NCBI GenBank assembly: GCA_001577715.1
Contig: LQAA01000069.1
Location: 3,703-67,702, forward strand
Direction of reading: 5' to 3'
Length of the DNA stretch: 64,000 nucleotides
From: Candidatus Adiutrix intracellularis
GTDB lineage: Bacteria; Desulfobacterota; Desulfarculia; Adiutricales; Adiutricaceae
The notes under the pieces are model-generated. The model did not search any database. It worked only from the letters and a program-made list of their open reading frames with translations, and was not told where the DNA came from. Positions 62,719-64,000 of this stretch are shown one piece after another; position 1 is the stretch's first letter, and each line of letters begins with the position of its first letter. The position numbers and the translations under genes are program-made.

Positions 62719-62970
62719 AACATTCGCCAGGAAGAACTTAATAATTGGAATCTTCCACTCACTAAATAAATCTAAAAATCGTACCTAAAAGAACATTCTT
62801 ATTATACCTAATTACGATCCTTTATAAAAACAAGATGCCTCATTTTTTATTATTTTTTTTTCTAACTAATCAATTTTTTGATCAGCATTTTGGAAGCTCG
62901 ACTAACATAATAAAGAACAAAAAATCTATTTTAGTAGATTAACATTATAATTATATAATATTATTATAAC
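62719..62970 (-). mobile_element. MITE family copy 6, truncated at the ISLre2-like element
   Basis: AACATTCGCCAG IR, AAAATCGTACCTAAAA, ATCAGCATTTTGGAAGCTCGACTAACATAATAAAG, AAATCTATTTTAGTAGATTAA; second IR missing. Confidence 0.8.
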
Positions 62971-62975
62971 CACTC

Positions 62976-64000
62976 GAGATGCCAAAAAAATAAGCGCTTG
63001 GTTTAATTTATCTATTATACTGGCTCCTATCCAGGCTTCAGGATTGATAGTTTATATGAAAAACGATGGGACTAAACGAGATAAACTCATAATTTAGCCT
63101 GCTCTAAATGACCTAGTTAGAGTGTGTCTTAAACTTCGATAAATTAAGTTAAGCCCCTGTCCTATGAAATGCTGAAAATAAACGTGGATACTTTGATAGG
63201 TAAAAAAATCGACTGTAGTGAAAAAAATTAACTACGGAAGTACCAATTTTTTTCTAGAACTGTTATAATAATAATGGTTATCCTACCGTTCACGCGAATG
63301 GACTTAATTTCTTTGACCCTAGCCAACGCTAAAAGGCTAAAGAAACCAACAGGTAAAAAGATAGCTTCCCCTCTCGATAAAGCCCTTAGGTTAGATACGC
63401 TTCCATTTAAAATAACCGTTTAAATCATGTTAAAAATAGCGCATTAGGAGTAACGGCTAAACTCTTATGCGGCGACCCAAAAAATCTTGGCGCGCAACAA
63501 CACTCCCATAAACGTAACCAAAGATACCTTACGAGCCGTAATCAATACTGTGGGAGAACCAGTATTTAGAAACAATTAAGCCAAGACCAAGAAGGTTTAT
63601 AGCCACATCAATTCTTAAAGATTATTATTTCCGAAGGTCGAAAATAACTATACATTGTACCTTGAAGTCGACTGGGCTATGTTGTACACCAGTCAAAAAG
63701 ATAAAGAGAAGTTGACTTATAAGGGAAACAAGCTTAGCGCGGCTTTCTCTATTAAATTTTTACCTACCATCATAATAATACTTGCATACACACGCCCCAA
63801 ATTTCATCAAGTTCATATTCAGCAACGATCAAATCAAATACCACCCCTAGACCAATAAATTATTCGAATTTATAAAGACCAACTAAATCACAGAGGTCTT
63901 AAGTTAAGATAAGAAACCTTAGTAAACGTCTAATAGTCGAAAACAAATTCACACTAATTAGATATTTAGAAAATAACAACGGCAATATCAATTACGCTTC
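62976..64000 (+). mobile_element. ISLre2-like (UPF0236) IS relic B, running off the window
   Basis: PLDKALRLDTLPFKIT, AVINTVG, LYLEVDWAMLYT..KGNKL, YLENNNGNINY; homologous to 26872-27916. Confidence 0.78.

Noticed and set aside
62719-62975. MITE as the left end of the ISLre2-like element
   Set aside because: The ISLre2-like element has its own IR at 62976 matching the right end at 27916, and copy A lacks MITE sequence upstream.

Overview
This window looks like part of a deltaproteobacterial (Desulfobacterota-type) chromosome in active reductive evolution, probably a host-restricted symbiont (inference from gene content, the tmRNA tag and the extent of decay). Intact CDSs cover about 33 of 64 kb by my sum of ORF lengths. 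Intact genes: nadK, a ZnuA/ZnuC-like pair, an AICAR-transformylase-only purH, tatA, def-fmt-rsmB, mgtE, potD, ahcY, rpsB-tsf-pyrH-frr-tlyA, rpsF-rpsR-rplI-dnaB, mutL-oleB-oleC, an AI-2E transporter, glgP, metX-metW-argS, a two-gene RdgC plus plsC, and dacB. RNA elements: tRNA-Arg(ACG), tRNA-Ser(CGA), tmRNA, an SAH riboswitch and an rpsB leader. The rest is pseudogenes (rimO, cysB-like, PilB/MshEN-like, pfkA, rlpA, SPOR, pentapeptide repeat, Rpn nuclease, P4-like integrase) and fossil IS elements (IS66 x3, IS1634 x2, ISNCY-type x3, ISLre2-like x2). Most notable observations: (1) four ends of the ISNCY-type element sit 17-18 bp upstream of sigma70 -35 boxes of ahcY, rpsF, rpsB and metX, suggesting promoter-targeted transposition; (2) a ~255-305 bp MITE family with six copies, including a filled/empty site pair and a perfect 9-bp target duplication; (3) intact oleBC without oleA/oleD nearby; (4) an AT-eroded but compensated SAH riboswitch with a visible SD-sequestering hairpin; (5) RdgC split into N- and C-half genes; (6) CTAG over-representation. 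No CRISPR array or rRNA was seen. All alignments and translations were done by eye, so boundaries of decayed elements are approximate.
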